Assembly: GCA_000002445.1 (NCBI GenBank)
Contig: CP000070.1
Span: 512,001-576,000, forward strand
Origin: Trypanosoma brucei
Lineage: Eukaryota
Direction of reading: 5' to 3'
DNA length: 64,000 nucleotides
The translations under genes and the position numbers were made by a program. Below, in pieces: positions 43,904 to 55,797 of this stretch. A model generated the notes under the pieces. The model saw only the letters and a program-made list of their open reading frames with translations. It searched no databases and was not told the DNA's origin. The stretch's first letter is position 1. Every line of letters starts with the position of its first letter.

Positions 43904-45951
43904 CCGACCGTCCCAGTTGATCTATGCGCTAAGGCACTTCCCTCTATGCTCCACCCTGAACGGAATGTCAGGGAGGCTTTTATGTCAAGCGTCCCTTCTA
44001 ACGAGTAACCCACGATGTGGTAAAATGGGGTCTCTGTTTTCTCTTCGCAGCGTTCCTAATAATAGTGCCGCTAAATCTATACAACAAAACACATGAGGAT
44101 GTTAAGAGAGAAACATATGCGTAAAAAAAAAAAAAAAGAAGCATTATACAGCCACAAAACAACAACATGGTACATCTTTCTCTCTCTCAAGCTGTCGTAC
44201 CATCTCCCTCCCGTCTCCTCTCTATTTACCAAGAACCGATACAACCATTCTCTTTACTTTCTCTCCTACACTTTATTCTTAATATATTATTTACTTATTT
44301 TTTTTAGGGGACGAGTGTGGAAAAGAGAGGTGACAATACATATCACTTCGCAAAGGAGGGTGGTAGTTAAGAACCTTCCAACAAAGCCTCCTTCCCGGTT
44401 TGTCATTAACTCTCTTACTAATCCATTTTTTTTTCATTTTTACCGCCATCAACTTTGCGATTTTTTTTTACTACTCAGTTCTCCTTCTTTTTTTTTTTGC
44501 GTGTTTCTTTTCCTTCCTTATTCATCCTCCCTCTTCTTATTCTTCAAGTATTCACCTTTGCGAAGTATTTATTCCTTCCCTTCTCTACCACCTTTTTTAC
44601 ATATATCGTTTACCCCTCTTCGTTAAGTTTATTATTGAATACAAGTAAGCAGAACATAAACAAAATAAAAAAACTGAGTCACTGTTAACACATTCGACAT
44701 GTAACAGTAGCAACCCACAACTGCAACTTATTCCCTCCCCCCCCCTTCCCTTCTGCTCTTATTATTATTATTATTTTTTTTCTTTACTGGTGTTGGTGTC
44801 ATAAATTGAAGTGGCAACAAAACTATAATAAGTAAAATAATAAAGACTAAGTATCCACATATAATTTAATCATTTTATTTTTGTATCTTTCATTTTTTTT
44901 ATCCAATACGTCTCCTCCATCCCACCCTTCTTCCTTCTCTTCTTTAATATTTCCTTTAAAAAGAGGTTCGAAAAAAAAAAAGTAGGGAAATGGGAGGAAA
45001 AGTTGAATGAAAAAAATGTTACAGCGTAACCAAACAACCGAGTTGGGTCAACAAGGAGGAGGGAAAGAAAAACAGTAAAAAAAAAAAGAAAAAAAGAAAA
45101 AAAGAAACAAAAAAAATTAACCACTACATTACCAGCAGCGGTAACACCTACCTCGCTTTGCAAGTTATAGGAAATTCACCTGCAGAAAACGAGAAATAAT
45201 CGAGCACAATACACACTCACACACGCACATTCGAAGGTAAATATAAATAAATTTGTACCTAAATATATTCAAGAAAAATTGTTTTTGTTCCGTAAGTAAG
45301 GGAAGTGTTAGGAAAATAGGTAAGAACGCCTATGGGACACGGACCACACGGTGGAAATAGTAATATTGATAGTAACAATGATGAAATGTATTGCTATCAT
45401 CATGATATAACTTCCTCTTCACGGTGAGGTACATGTGTGTGCGCGTGCCACGTATACACTTCACTTGCACAAGTACGTACATCCACCGCCACCCCCCAAA
45501 AAAAAAGAGCAACAATAAATTTTTGGTCCATCAACATGACCGATAAATGAATAAAGCTCCTCTTTTTCTCTTCCTCCCCCCAACATATGTTTTTTTTTTT
45601 GTACGGCTAACGCAGTCACTAACCACTTTCAAATACCTGCAAGGAGGGAAATTAAAAATAAATGAATCAGCGCCAGTATGTCTGCTTACACGGTTACGGC
45701 ACACATAAACAAAAACCAAAAGCAAAACAAACAAGTTATAACTCCACTAAAATGCTATTTCCGCCCTCCCATCATCCCTTTACTCTTTCTCTTGTCTAGT
45801 ACGATTTCACTACTCTTCGGTTGTGTTTTGATTATTTTTATTTTATTTTATTTTACTATCCGTTGCACAATCCATTCTATTCAATATTTCCCTTTTGGTG
45901 GTGTTGTTTCTCTTCCGCCTTGTTGGGAATGATTGTCCCACTCCGTATAGC

Positions 45952-46977
45952 TCACGCTGCAACCTTCTGCTCGTCTTGTACATCATCTCTGTCATCAGAT
46001 GTGTATTGTTTTACCTCCGCTACAAAGGCAGCTGCAGCCGATGCCACACGTTCCCCAACCACAGGGACGTGTTGCACTAGTGAAGGATTAATACAATTCC
46101 AAAGTGAAGCACCAAGTCGCATGCATGTTGACCCCTGTATGTATCGCATTGTGGAATTTACACGGTTTACTTTGCACATCTCAACGGTTATCACCCGTGA
46201 GAGTACAACCACACATGCGGTTGCCTGCGCTAGCGCTGTTACGAATAGTTGTAAATCGCGCTCTCCAACGGCTTTCATCCCAGTACGTTGCACCTCTGCC
46301 ACACGCGGTTTGCTAGCCTCAAAGAAGTTAAAGAGTTTCCCGCGGATGGACTTCATCGTCTCGACGTACGACTTTGCCCGCTCCCGCAATTCACCACCCG
46401 TTTGAGCCACACACCTCGTTGACTTCTCTGCAACACTTCTGGCGCTGTTCACAGTTGACCTCGCGGTTGCGGCACACATTTCCATCGGTTTACGGCAGTG
46501 AGGGACAGTTTTTGCTGCAACTTCCATTGCTGTGTGTTGATAAGCCCTGGCCCCATCCACCACTTGTTTCCCTTTTGCCACACACCCACTTGCCACCGCA
46601 CGGATGTTTGAGTTCTCGAGTACATCCTTCACCAGTTGTTTGCCTTCTGTGGCAAGCTTTCGAGCCTTTTCTGATGTTGCACGAACAGCGTCCCCCGCAG
46701 GAAGGCGAGACACAAACTCCTCCACGACACTGCCGATATTTTGAGAGTCCGCATCGGATTTATTTTCCTGCTGTTCCTGTTCCTGTTGCTGTTGCTGTGG
46801 CGGCTCCTGCACCTGCTCCCTCTCAGCTTTCTCAGCATCGACGCTCTCTGCACCCTCTACACGCAACGCAGCGGTTTCTTCGTGTTGGGGATGTTTGCCC
46901 TTGTGTCGATGATGGCGGCTTCGGTGCCCTCCGTTAGGTAAAATGTCACCGTGATCTCCTGATTCAGATGCTTGCAT
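45952..46977 (-). CDS. Hypothetical protein, about 341 aa, with a His/Gln-rich N-terminus
   Basis: The track start is a GTG (cac at 47008-47010). The first ATG is at 46975-46977 (MQASESGDHGDILPNGGHRSRHHRHKGKHPQHEE...). The remainder is non-repetitive and Ala/Val/Lys-rich, possibly helical. Confidence 0.5.
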   Translation of the reverse strand: MQASESGDHGDILPNGGHRSRHHRHKGKHPQHEETAALRVEGAESVDAEKAEREQVQEPPQQQQQEQEQQENKSDADSQNIGSVVEEFVSRLPAGDAVRATSEKARKLATEGKQLVKDVLENSNIRAVASGCVAKGKQVVDGARAYQHTAMEVAAKTVPHCRKPMEMCAATARSTVNSARSVAEKSTRCVAQTGGELRERAKSYVETMKSIRGKLFNFFEASKPRVAEVQRTGMKAVGERDLQLFVTALAQATACVVVLSRVITVEMCKVNRVNSTMRYIQGSTCMRLGASLWNCINPSLVQHVPVVGERVASAAAAFVAEVKQYTSDDRDDVQDEQKVAA

Positions 46978-47123
46978 TTGTGTCAAAGTAACTTTTTTTT
47001 TCACCTTCACGAATAAACGTAATAACGATGCTGTATGGCCTTCTTTCTCTTTGTTGTTTTTTTTTTTTGGTTCTTTTGGGGTTTCTTTTTTTTTTTTATT
47101 TTAGCGTTTACTGAATCTGCTTC

Positions 47124-47158
<35 letters not shown>

Positions 47159-47784
47159 CTCGAGTGCCCTTTAAATGGTCTACGTGCAAACTTGTGAGCC
47201 CGTTTGCGGGGGAAAAAGGCAGGTCGCCGACAGCAACGCGCGAAGGAAATTAACAGAGGAAACGGAACAAGTTATGAAGCGTAAACAAAAAAGAAGAAAG
47301 TGCACGGTAAAGTATGAAGGTAACACAACACGGCAACTGCAAGCAGCGTCTGATGCAGAAATGACGTGAGAACCGTGGGGGAAGAGTTTAGTTTGTTATA
47401 TACTTATTTTAGCGTCTCGTTGTTGCACCGCCCCAGTTTTCGCATGACGTACACAATACGAGCGTTCACCCAACCGATTTAGAAGTTTTCTCTTACTTTA
47501 CTTTCTTTTACACGCGCTCACATCCTCTTAAAAAGTGCTTGTACGTACCGTACAACCTCGAATCCCACATTTTCCACGAACAATGGTGCCGAGAATCCAT
47601 TGTATCACATTTCCTTTTTAACGCTTTCTTGTCAACACTTTACCTTTTCTTCCTTTTGCCTTGTTTTGGCTATCATCCTCTGGGTCGAGAATCAACCATC
47701 AAACTTTTTTGTGCAAAGAAGAAAAACTGTAACCTTCTCCCTCATGGTGATTTTTATTTCCTCAACATCACTGGAGACAACTTA

Positions 47785-50700
47785 CTACTCATCCGCGACA
47801 GCCGCTGCTGCAAGTTTTTGCTCACGCCACCTCTGGAATGCCTTCTCTCTTTGTTCATGCAGGCGACGCTTTCTCTCTCTGTTTTTGGCGATCCGCTCCT
47901 GCTTAGCCACCATGATCCGCTTGCGTTTTTCCTCTCTTTCCTCTTTCGTAAGGATTTGGGACCGCTCGGTACGAATCATTTGCCTCTCCAAGCGGTCGTT
48001 GATTCTGAGAGTTTCGCGTCGCCGCCGCTTAGCAGCCTTCTCCTCATCAGTCAATTCTCCGTTGCGGTGCGCTGCAAGTGCCCGCACAACCTTCTTTCGA
48101 ACACGTTTTGCACGGCGGTAAAATGCAGCCTTTTCTTTTCGTCCACTTTTCTCGTACTGTTTATATAAAACACTCACCGGAGACGGAGCTTTTGTCTCTC
48201 GAGCTCGCGGCGTGAGGTTGAGAAGATTTTCCATTGCTGCCAGAAGGCGGATAGTAGCGGCCGATGTCATTAATGAATCGTCGTCTACCACTTCCTTCAC
48301 AATGTTGGAAGCCCATGCCGTGTCCAGCTGTACACGACTATTGTACTTGAGCACCATTTTGAGGCAATGCAAGTAGTCGTACAGAAGTGTGTACTTCATA
48401 TTATATACCGAGGTTGGTGTTACCGATTGAAGGAAACTGCTGATTGCACTTGCGGCGGATGCACGTAGAGTTGCCCCCAAGCCGGAGAGCCGCGGTAGCA
48501 CCGCTTCTACCATCTGACAACATCCTTGAAACACTCTTACGCGCTGGGGCCCTTCCAGAACCTCCACTTCGCTAAACTTCTCCAATGCTGCGGGTAGCAG
48601 TGCCCACGCAAACCCGTGACGGTAATGATGCATATCCCGCTTTACGGAAGGCATTCGTTTCTTTCCATCCCAACCACGGTCGCAGAAGATGGACTTGTAA
48701 AACTCCATCAACGTCACTCGAACGTCTTCACCTGCGTGGTTCTTATGTGCGAGGAAGGCGATGAAATGAAACACGCGAAGAGCCACGTCCTTCAGTCGGG
48801 TCATGCGCCGACGAACTACAAGAGCGTGTCGTGCCGAACGGCTCTCTTTGTTTACTAAAACCCGGTCCAGTTTGCGGCAATAGCTTTGAATGTCGGAAAG
48901 AAGTTGGAACAGACTCTCTGCCACGAGAAACCTTCCGAAGTAACGATTCTTCGTCATCATAAGCATTTGAAGGGACGAAACGGTACTGTTGAAAATCACG
49001 TCATCCGCCGCCTTCACATTTTCTCGACAAACCGCCAACAGAACCTGAAAAATGTGTACTGTTAATGGAGAGCGCATAGCCACCCCAACTCGTGTTGCAA
49101 CTTGAATTGCTCGGACAACATCACCCTTCTCCTTATTGGCTGTATCCGTTGGATACACGAATTGAAGATCTACGTTCCCAATCATACCCTTCAGTGCGTC
49201 AATGTACTGCTGAGTTGGAGCTTCTTCTTCCTCTTCGTCACCTGTATCAGATTCTTCATCCTCTACATCTGGATTGAGTTGCTCCTCATCGGCTCCCTCC
49301 TCCGGCTCCGTTGCTTCGTCCTCCTCAGTGGGTTCTTCGCTTTCATCCGCCTCTGTTTCTGTTTCTGTTTCTGTCTTATCCGCTTCATCCTCAGAGGGTA
49401 CATCACCCCCCTCGTCTTCCTCATCTTCGTCTTTTTCATCAACTTGAGTGCCTTCGTTGTTCTCGTCCTCCTCGTCACCTTCTTCTTCATCAGCTGAAGA
49501 ATCTTCCGCCTCTGCAGCTACTCCCTTTGCTTTAGCTTGCCTTATTAGTTCCCGGTCGTCCGTATGATAAGCCTCACGAAGCGGAGCCAAGACAAGGTCC
49601 AGAGTTGGCCGCTCTCGAACATAACGAGCAAAACGTAAAAGATAACCCGTCGCAATGCGGCGCACGCACACCATAAGGGGTAACACGTGAAGTGCCGAAG
49701 ACGGTCGCATCACGAGCGCCATCAACACATCATAAAACAAATCCAGAGTTTCCAACGTGCCCGTACGAAAGAACTGGCAAAGATCAGGTACCGTACTGTT
49801 AGCGAGGTTTTTCGCCTCTTCATTGCTGGGGTCGTCGGTACTCAGAATCAGAAAAAGCAATACGAGCAGCACATGAATATCTCGCTCCTCATAAAACAAG
49901 ACACTGCGGGTGGAAGAGCTTTCCAGTGCCTCAACAATACAATTGCGGGCCTTGCGGAAGTTGCGCTCAGTTGCGCCAGTGGTGTATCGCGTGATGCCCT
50001 TCTCCTCAGCCGCAAGATAATCCCTAATAACGCTTAAGGCACTCAACGTGCATTTTGGTCTTGACAAGGCGGCGGTGTACGTGAAGGAAAATACGTCCGA
50101 AAAAAGGTAGATAGCCCGATTCATGCATTTCTCATCACTGGACTTCGGAGTGGGGTAAAACCCAAACCGCAGCAAGGCACGAACCGCCTCGTCGACGTAT
50201 GTGCAAGTTACGCCCTCACGTAGCGGCACACTTAAGCAAGCCCGCAACTCCCGTAGCACCCACGTGCGGTTGGCGTGCGCAGACGGGTCCGAGTCCCTAA
50301 TGCAAAAATATTGTTTAATGAGGTCTCGGACTTTAGCATCCAGCATTTCAAGAGGCATCATCCGAAGTTCGTTGGGATCTGAAGCTTTTGCAACTATCTT
50401 CCTTCCATAACCCACCGCTTGGCTGGCAATCTTCAACATTTCTTGGCGTTGGTCGGCATCGTCGTTTTTTACAACCAATTGACCTAAACGGGCGACGAGT
50501 TGCTGAAACAGCGCCCGGCGCGGAATATCTGAGTTACCACGGCGGTAAGGCGCAATGGCGTTGTGCATCATTGTACTTAAATGCTCCTGCAGTGATTCAC
50601 CAGCGGCACAGCGCTGCACAAGGAGGTCAAACCAATCGTCCCACACGGGATGAACCATTGGGTACACGGCAATCACCTGTTCCTTGCGGAACAGAGCATT

Positions 50701-52230
50701 GGCAATTTGTTCCACTGTTGTTGGTTCTAGCGGATCCATCGCAGCATACTTCTGCACGGTGGTTGGGAGAAACTTTTTAATTGCCGGAGGTTTCGTCTCC
50801 ATTGCCATCAGACGTAGGAGCAGTTGCACTCCCTCTGGGCGAAAGTATTCTAACTTGGGGTAGAGGAAAAAGGCATATGATATCCATTCCATCACCGACT
50901 CATCCTCCCACAGCTTGGGAAACTTTTGAAGCGTTATTAACAATAAAGCCGCTGTCATGACGCGCGTAGCCTTTTGCTCAACGTAGGCAAAACATAAGTA
51001 CTGGGCGGCATGACGGGCATCTTCCACTCGCATCTTCCCACGGTTTGCAACCACGGCTCCCATCGCAAAAACAGCAGCTACAATGCGCTGGTTACGCTCA
51101 CCCCGCGTAGGGTCATTAATTGTGTCTGGGTCAAAATCATCCCAATCTCCCTGGTCTTCTTTCTGTTGCTCGCCTTGTGTATCTCTTCTCGCAGCCCGTG
51201 CCTCTAGTCGAGCCTTTGTGACTTTTAGCCGGGCATCGAGTGCTATTTCCTCTCCAATGAGTGAAAGCACAATAGATGGTGTAATGTCCGTTTCGCGCAA
51301 TGCAAGAAATAGAATATGTGCATGCAAAACAATCATCGCCATGTCCTCAGTAACCATGCCTAGCAGCATACGTGACAGAGCGTACGGAAGTGCGTGGTGC
51401 GCTGTATCCCGCATACTTTTCAGCGATCGGCAGTCAACGCCATCCACTAATTTGGCCTTTAGATGGTTAATCAGTGAATGCTGACCTTCTTTCCGACGGG
51501 TCGAGTTATGCCGGAGGCACATTTGGAGCAACGCACGAACGTGTTCCCGCTCCTTTACATTTTTGGCGAGCACTGCTCGAGACCGACTGACTTTTCCGTG
51601 TGTTTCGACCTGTTCACCATCCTTTTGATCACTGGCAGCAGCCGCCTCCTCCTCCTCATCTCCGCTGGTTAAACCCTGCGCTTTATTGTCGTAGTGTTTT
51701 TTGGTTCCACCACCGCGGCCCTTCCCCTTATTAAGTTCGTACTCTGCCCACTCATACCATACGATAAATGCTTGTACACTATTCGGTGCACCGCGTTCAA
51801 ATTTGCTTAAATATGAACGAAGAGATCGCACATCCTCCGGCAAATGTTGCTGAATAAATGGAGGAGGCACAAACTTGAATATCTCACTCAAATCCGCACC
51901 AAAAATATTGGTAGCATTTAACCTCGTTTTGAAGCTGGACAGATCGGAGCGCAACTCGGAGGAAACCTTGGCAGCTAAATGAATGTCAATGTCCTTTGTC
52001 CGAGCCGATCTCTGATGGGATCTTCCCTCGTGATTCCCAACAGCGGTGTGCTGCTGCGCGTGATGACCGCGGCGCTCCACCTGCTCTCGCGCATACTTTT
52101 CTTTATGATACCTTTTCGCCTCCTTCTTCACGTTGGTTGCTTTCCCCATTTTAGCCGAAGGCTTAACGTTACGGCGAGGGCCGCCGCTGGTGCCCCCTTT
52201 ACTCCCATGCTGAGCAAAGGAACCAGACAT
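47785..52230 (-). CDS. Very large protein, 1481 aa, with a basic N-terminus, a long helical-repeat-like body, an internal poly-acidic stretch and a Lys/Arg-rich C-terminus. It may be a nucleolar MYBBP1A/POL5-like or similar pre-ribosomal factor (speculative).
   Basis: ATG start (cat at 52228-52230). The acidic run ...AEAEDSSADEEEGDEEDENNEGTQVDEKDEDEEDEGGDVPSEDEADKTETETETEADESEEPTEEDEATEPEEGADEEQLNPDVEDEESDTGDEEEEE sits at about plus 49230-49530. The C-terminal 130 aa are KR-rich and coiled-coil/NLS-like (EEKAAKRRRRETLRINDRLERQMIRTERSQILTKEEREEKRKRIMVAKQERIAKNRERKRRLHEQREKAFQRWREQK). Confidence 0.8.
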   Translation of the reverse strand: MSGSFAQHGSKGGTSGGPRRNVKPSAKMGKATNVKKEAKRYHKEKYAREQVERRGHHAQQHTAVGNHEGRSHQRSARTKDIDIHLAAKVSSELRSDLSSFKTRLNATNIFGADLSEIFKFVPPPFIQQHLPEDVRSLRSYLSKFERGAPNSVQAFIVWYEWAEYELNKGKGRGGGTKKHYDNKAQGLTSGDEEEEAAAASDQKDGEQVETHGKVSRSRAVLAKNVKEREHVRALLQMCLRHNSTRRKEGQHSLINHLKAKLVDGVDCRSLKSMRDTAHHALPYALSRMLLGMVTEDMAMIVLHAHILFLALRETDITPSIVLSLIGEEIALDARLKVTKARLEARAARRDTQGEQQKEDQGDWDDFDPDTINDPTRGERNQRIVAAVFAMGAVVANRGKMRVEDARHAAQYLCFAYVEQKATRVMTAALLLITLQKFPKLWEDESVMEWISYAFFLYPKLEYFRPEGVQLLLRLMAMETKPPAIKKFLPTTVQKYAAMDPLEPTTVEQIANALFRKEQVIAVYPMVHPVWDDWFDLLVQRCAAGESLQEHLSTMMHNAIAPYRRGNSDIPRRALFQQLVARLGQLVVKNDDADQRQEMLKIASQAVGYGRKIVAKASDPNELRMMPLEMLDAKVRDLIKQYFCIRDSDPSAHANRTWVLRELRACLSVPLREGVTCTYVDEAVRALLRFGFYPTPKSSDEKCMNRAIYLFSDVFSFTYTAALSRPKCTLSALSVIRDYLAAEEKGITRYTTGATERNFRKARNCIVEALESSSTRSVLFYEERDIHVLLVLLFLILSTDDPSNEEAKNLANSTVPDLCQFFRTGTLETLDLFYDVLMALVMRPSSALHVLPLMVCVRRIATGYLLRFARYVRERPTLDLVLAPLREAYHTDDRELIRQAKAKGVAAEAEDSSADEEEGDEEDENNEGTQVDEKDEDEEDEGGDVPSEDEADKTETETETEADESEEPTEEDEATEPEEGADEEQLNPDVEDEESDTGDEEEEEAPTQQYIDALKGMIGNVDLQFVYPTDTANKEKGDVVRAIQVATRVGVAMRSPLTVHIFQVLLAVCRENVKAADDVIFNSTVSSLQMLMMTKNRYFGRFLVAESLFQLLSDIQSYCRKLDRVLVNKESRSARHALVVRRRMTRLKDVALRVFHFIAFLAHKNHAGEDVRVTLMEFYKSIFCDRGWDGKKRMPSVKRDMHHYRHGFAWALLPAALEKFSEVEVLEGPQRVRVFQGCCQMVEAVLPRLSGLGATLRASAASAISSFLQSVTPTSVYNMKYTLLYDYLHCLKMVLKYNSRVQLDTAWASNIVKEVVDDDSLMTSAATIRLLAAMENLLNLTPRARETKAPSPVSVLYKQYEKSGRKEKAAFYRRAKRVRKKVVRALAAHRNGELTDEEKAAKRRRRETLRINDRLERQMIRTERSQILTKEEREEKRKRIMVAKQERIAKNRERKRRLHEQREKAFQRWREQKLAAAAVADE

Positions 52231-52744
52231 ACCGAACGCCTTTCTTTTTTAGTTGCTTATGTGCGTTCGGCCAGTAATTTCCTTTTGTTAGGTGGTTGTA
52301 ACGGCATTAAACAAGAGAGGCACCCCCCCCCAAAAATAAAAAATAATAATAATAATAACAACAGTAAGTAAAAAGGGGAAAGAAAACGCAGTAGAAGCGA
52401 AGGGTATCGGCAAACAGGGAAGTCAGCAGCAAAGAGATACAAAAAAAAATCAACATATCGCAACCCAACCAGCGTGGCCGAATAGGAAGTTGTTAAGACA
52501 GAGATGTAATAACTTAAGATAAAGGGTGGGTAAAACCAAAAATAGAGTAAAAATAAAACATGGCAAGGCGTTGTGAAGGAACGAGAAAATACAAATGGGC
52601 GAGATGAGGATGTCTTAAGCAAAAGTGTTTCGAACAGATACACACAAGTGCTGACATATCTCTCATGTGAATCCTCAATAGTAAGCACAACTGCAGTTGG
52701 CAATGCCCTCAAACGAAAAAAAAAGAAATTGTTAAAGGATAGAA

Positions 52745-52775
<31 letters not shown>

Positions 52776-53093
52776 TCATTATAATAATTATTATAGCACC
52801 CGCTGTCAAACAGCGGCAAAGGGTAAGGGAGTTCATTCCGTAACTTCCCCCTTCCATTAGGCAGGCACTCTGTTTCTTGCCATTAGAATTGGAGGGAAAT
52901 TTTCCCACGTTAGCAACAGGGTACGGACACGAATCAAAATAAAAAAGAAAAACAGTAAAAGCGAACGTTAATGGCGTAAACGCGGAGAGAAAAGTGAATA
53001 TTTGAAGTCGTTTTAGCTCAAACAAGTCAACACATAAAATGAACGTCTGTTGTTACCATCTGTTGGGGGAGGGGGAGGGACATAATAACAATA

Positions 53094-53846
53094 TTATTCA
53101 ACGCTAGACAGCATTTGCTTAACGGGTTCACTTTCCGTCGTACTTGCGCCTGCGTAGTCCATCTCTTTCAGGTTTACCTCCGTGTCAGATTTCTGCACAG
53201 CAGCCCCACTTACACCGTTGTAATTGGCGGAATCAAGCAATAACTCACCAGCACCACTCTCTGAGCGGCTGCGCTTGCGGCAGTTGAAAGAAGTTTCGTC
53301 ATCCACAGTTGTTGCTATCGTTTCCTCACCAATAATGTCCTCATAAACTTTCGAATCAGCATCGGTCTCTGCTTCCTTTGAAGTCGCTACCTCCACTTTT
53401 CCTTGAGCAGAAGCTTTAGGCGTTTCAGCGTCCGCTATTTGTGCCTGTGATATTTCCTCTGCTTCTGTTGTTGTCATTGTCTCCACTTCATCCGTGGCTG
53501 GAGGTTGCTGGACATCCGCTTTTCCCTCTTCATCCTCATTCACAATTGTTGAAGGGGTCACTGCTTTATTCACAACTGCAACAACTTCCTCCCTCTCTTC
53601 CTCCATAATTTTCTCAAACGGAGGTTTTGATTCATCCGACGTGCCCTCTTTTTCTTCAGAAACTGGCGATGGAGGAACTACCGCAATCATCTCCTCGGAA
53701 TTGATGTTTTGAGGTACTTTATTTACTGGTGCAACCTCTTCAGTTAGTAAAGAAACACAGTTAGGTGCTTCATTCACTTCGGTGCCATCAACAACAGAAA
53801 TGGACTCCAATACGGCGGGTTCTGCGGTAATTGGCACTTGTGACAT
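53094..53846 (-). CDS. Acidic, low-complexity hypothetical protein, about 250 aa
   Basis: The track ORF (to 54167) starts at a TTG. Its first 107 codons read through a (GT)n microsatellite and a purine-rich (coding-strand pyrimidine-rich) tract typical of spacer. The ATG at 53844-53846 (MSQVPITAEPAVLESISVVDG...) is the first in-frame start after the first M (MEGICDG) and lies downstream of that tract. Rich in E, T, V, A; ends ...ESEPVKQMLSSVE. Confidence 0.4.
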   Translation of the reverse strand: MSQVPITAEPAVLESISVVDGTEVNEAPNCVSLLTEEVAPVNKVPQNINSEEMIAVVPPSPVSEEKEGTSDESKPPFEKIMEEEREEVVAVVNKAVTPSTIVNEDEEGKADVQQPPATDEVETMTTTEAEEISQAQIADAETPKASAQGKVEVATSKEAETDADSKVYEDIIGEETIATTVDDETSFNCRKRSRSESGAGELLLDSANYNGVSGAAVQKSDTEVNLKEMDYAGASTTESEPVKQMLSSVE

Positions 53847-55797
53847 TAACCGTATAAACTGGAGTAGAAAATTTAATGGCGTGGTGTCTTCGTAAATGTA
53901 GTGATCCTGCCTGTTTGTCTGCGTGTGTGTGTGTTTGTGTAAATACTTATTAGCACTTTTCCGCTGTTTACTTAGCAAATTTAGACTTTTATGTGTACGT
54001 ACGTAGATGTGTAAATACGTGCGAATTGTTTCGTCAATGAAGTTATTTTTTAAAAAAATGATTTTTTTTCCAAAGGAAAGAGGAGAGCACAGGGGAGAAG
54101 AATTGTGTTCAAGATAAGTTAACGTGTACGACTCTCCGTCACAAATTCCTTCCATACTGCAACGCAACTGTTCATATATGCGAACATGTACGATAACGCA
54201 CTAAAAAACTACTGCTTTCTCCCTCTTTTTTTCTCCGTTTATTTCCCTTTTTTATTTCCCTCCATGTTTATTTTTCTCTTATTTTCATTATTATTTTTTT
54301 CGTTTTGTTTGTTTTATTTTTCATCATTAATCATCTGCATGACCCGCTGCAGCACGTTAAGAATGACATGTTTGATACACACGCACACGCAGCGCAGTAA
54401 TGGTACAGTCGCGCAACACAAGAGTAAAAAAAAAATGTGGAGAAAATAACCGCAATGAGGGAAAGAAGATGCAAACAGTGTTTTCTTTGTTGTTGTTGTT
54501 TCATATATATTTTGTTTGTTTGTTTGCGAAGTCGTGCCCTCATGTGAAATTTGGGAAATATCTTTTGGCTGCCTTCGCATCCATTGTAACTAAACACGCA
54601 ATTACTATTATTGGTCCTACACTTGTTCCCTCCTTGTCGATCACTACATTTCCGCCTACACATGAATAAACATGAAAATGTTCACCTCCACTAATTTATT
54701 TTATTTTTCTTTTCAATGGTACTCACCGCTCATGAGCACACATATGCACGCTTCGGTGTGGTGAAAGGAATGTGCAGAAAAGAGGAAAAGAGAAGAAAAA
54801 AGAAAAATAAATGACAAAGTGCAACGGTAAGACAACCCAGCACAAAGAGCGATGTGCAAAACACACAAACAAACAAACAAAAAAGAGGAAACAGAATTCT
54901 GATGCTCAGCTTTATTCAAAGCTTCGTTTGCAAGTGCGCCGCAGTTTAAGACCATTTTCTTCTGTTTTGAATAAATAAATAAATATCTTTATTTATTTAT
55001 TTATAAATCACTATTTACGGTCCCAAACAACCTTTCGGCCTCTTTATCTCTTTTTTTTCTTCCTTGTTGCATGATTCATTCCATCGTTTTCCCGAGGCAC
55101 CGAGTAGCTTGCATAGAAAAATATGTGCTGGGAATGCACTACATCGGTTAAGCTTGCTGTCACATCAGTTAGGACAAGTGAAAGGAAGGAGAAAAAGGGT
55201 AGGTGGGGGGGGGGGAAGAAAAAAAAAAAGAGGAAAATTAGCACACAATCAGCAACCAGTAGAAAGGGCACCTAGTTCGGAAACCAACAAAGAGAAGCAG
55301 CACAAAAGCGGGAGGGCACATAAAAGTGCGATATGCAGCTCAAAAAAAAAAAGTATAGAAAACTGCGATATCAACGCACATTTATTGCTCCCCTCCCCGC
55401 ATATTTTCCTCACATTTATTGGTTCCACCAGTTTAACCTCGACTCTTTCCCCTTTTCAATTTATGATAATGGATCTTCTGCCATTTGATTCTCCGTTAAA
55501 CCTATCCATCCATTTTCCCTCGTATTTCATTGCGTTGCAGCACACCCTCCCTCCATCTTCCCTTCACCCCTCTCAAAATTATATGTTCCGTTCCGACTTG
55601 TACGCGTTGGTCACCGTACGGTACGCCTCCCCACCCGATGCATCAGCTTCTTCATTCTTCCCTCGCACTCACAAACACGTTGCATTCCTCCACATTATGC
55701 GGCCATCTTCCACCCACACTAAAAGAGAAGGAACAAAAGAACTCAATCAGTTTCTCTTCCCCACAGGCGTTACACGGGTTACGACTGATGATGTGAA

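Noticed and set aside
43906-44090. GC-balanced, non-repetitive about 180-bp island just upstream of the 1370-aa gene, considered as a small ncRNA (snoRNA or tRNA)
   Set aside because: No C/D (TGATGA...CTGA) or H/ACA box arrangement and no tRNA cloverleaf. It is most simply the 5'UTR or trans-splicing region of the downstream gene. It remains a low-priority candidate for a covariance-model scan.
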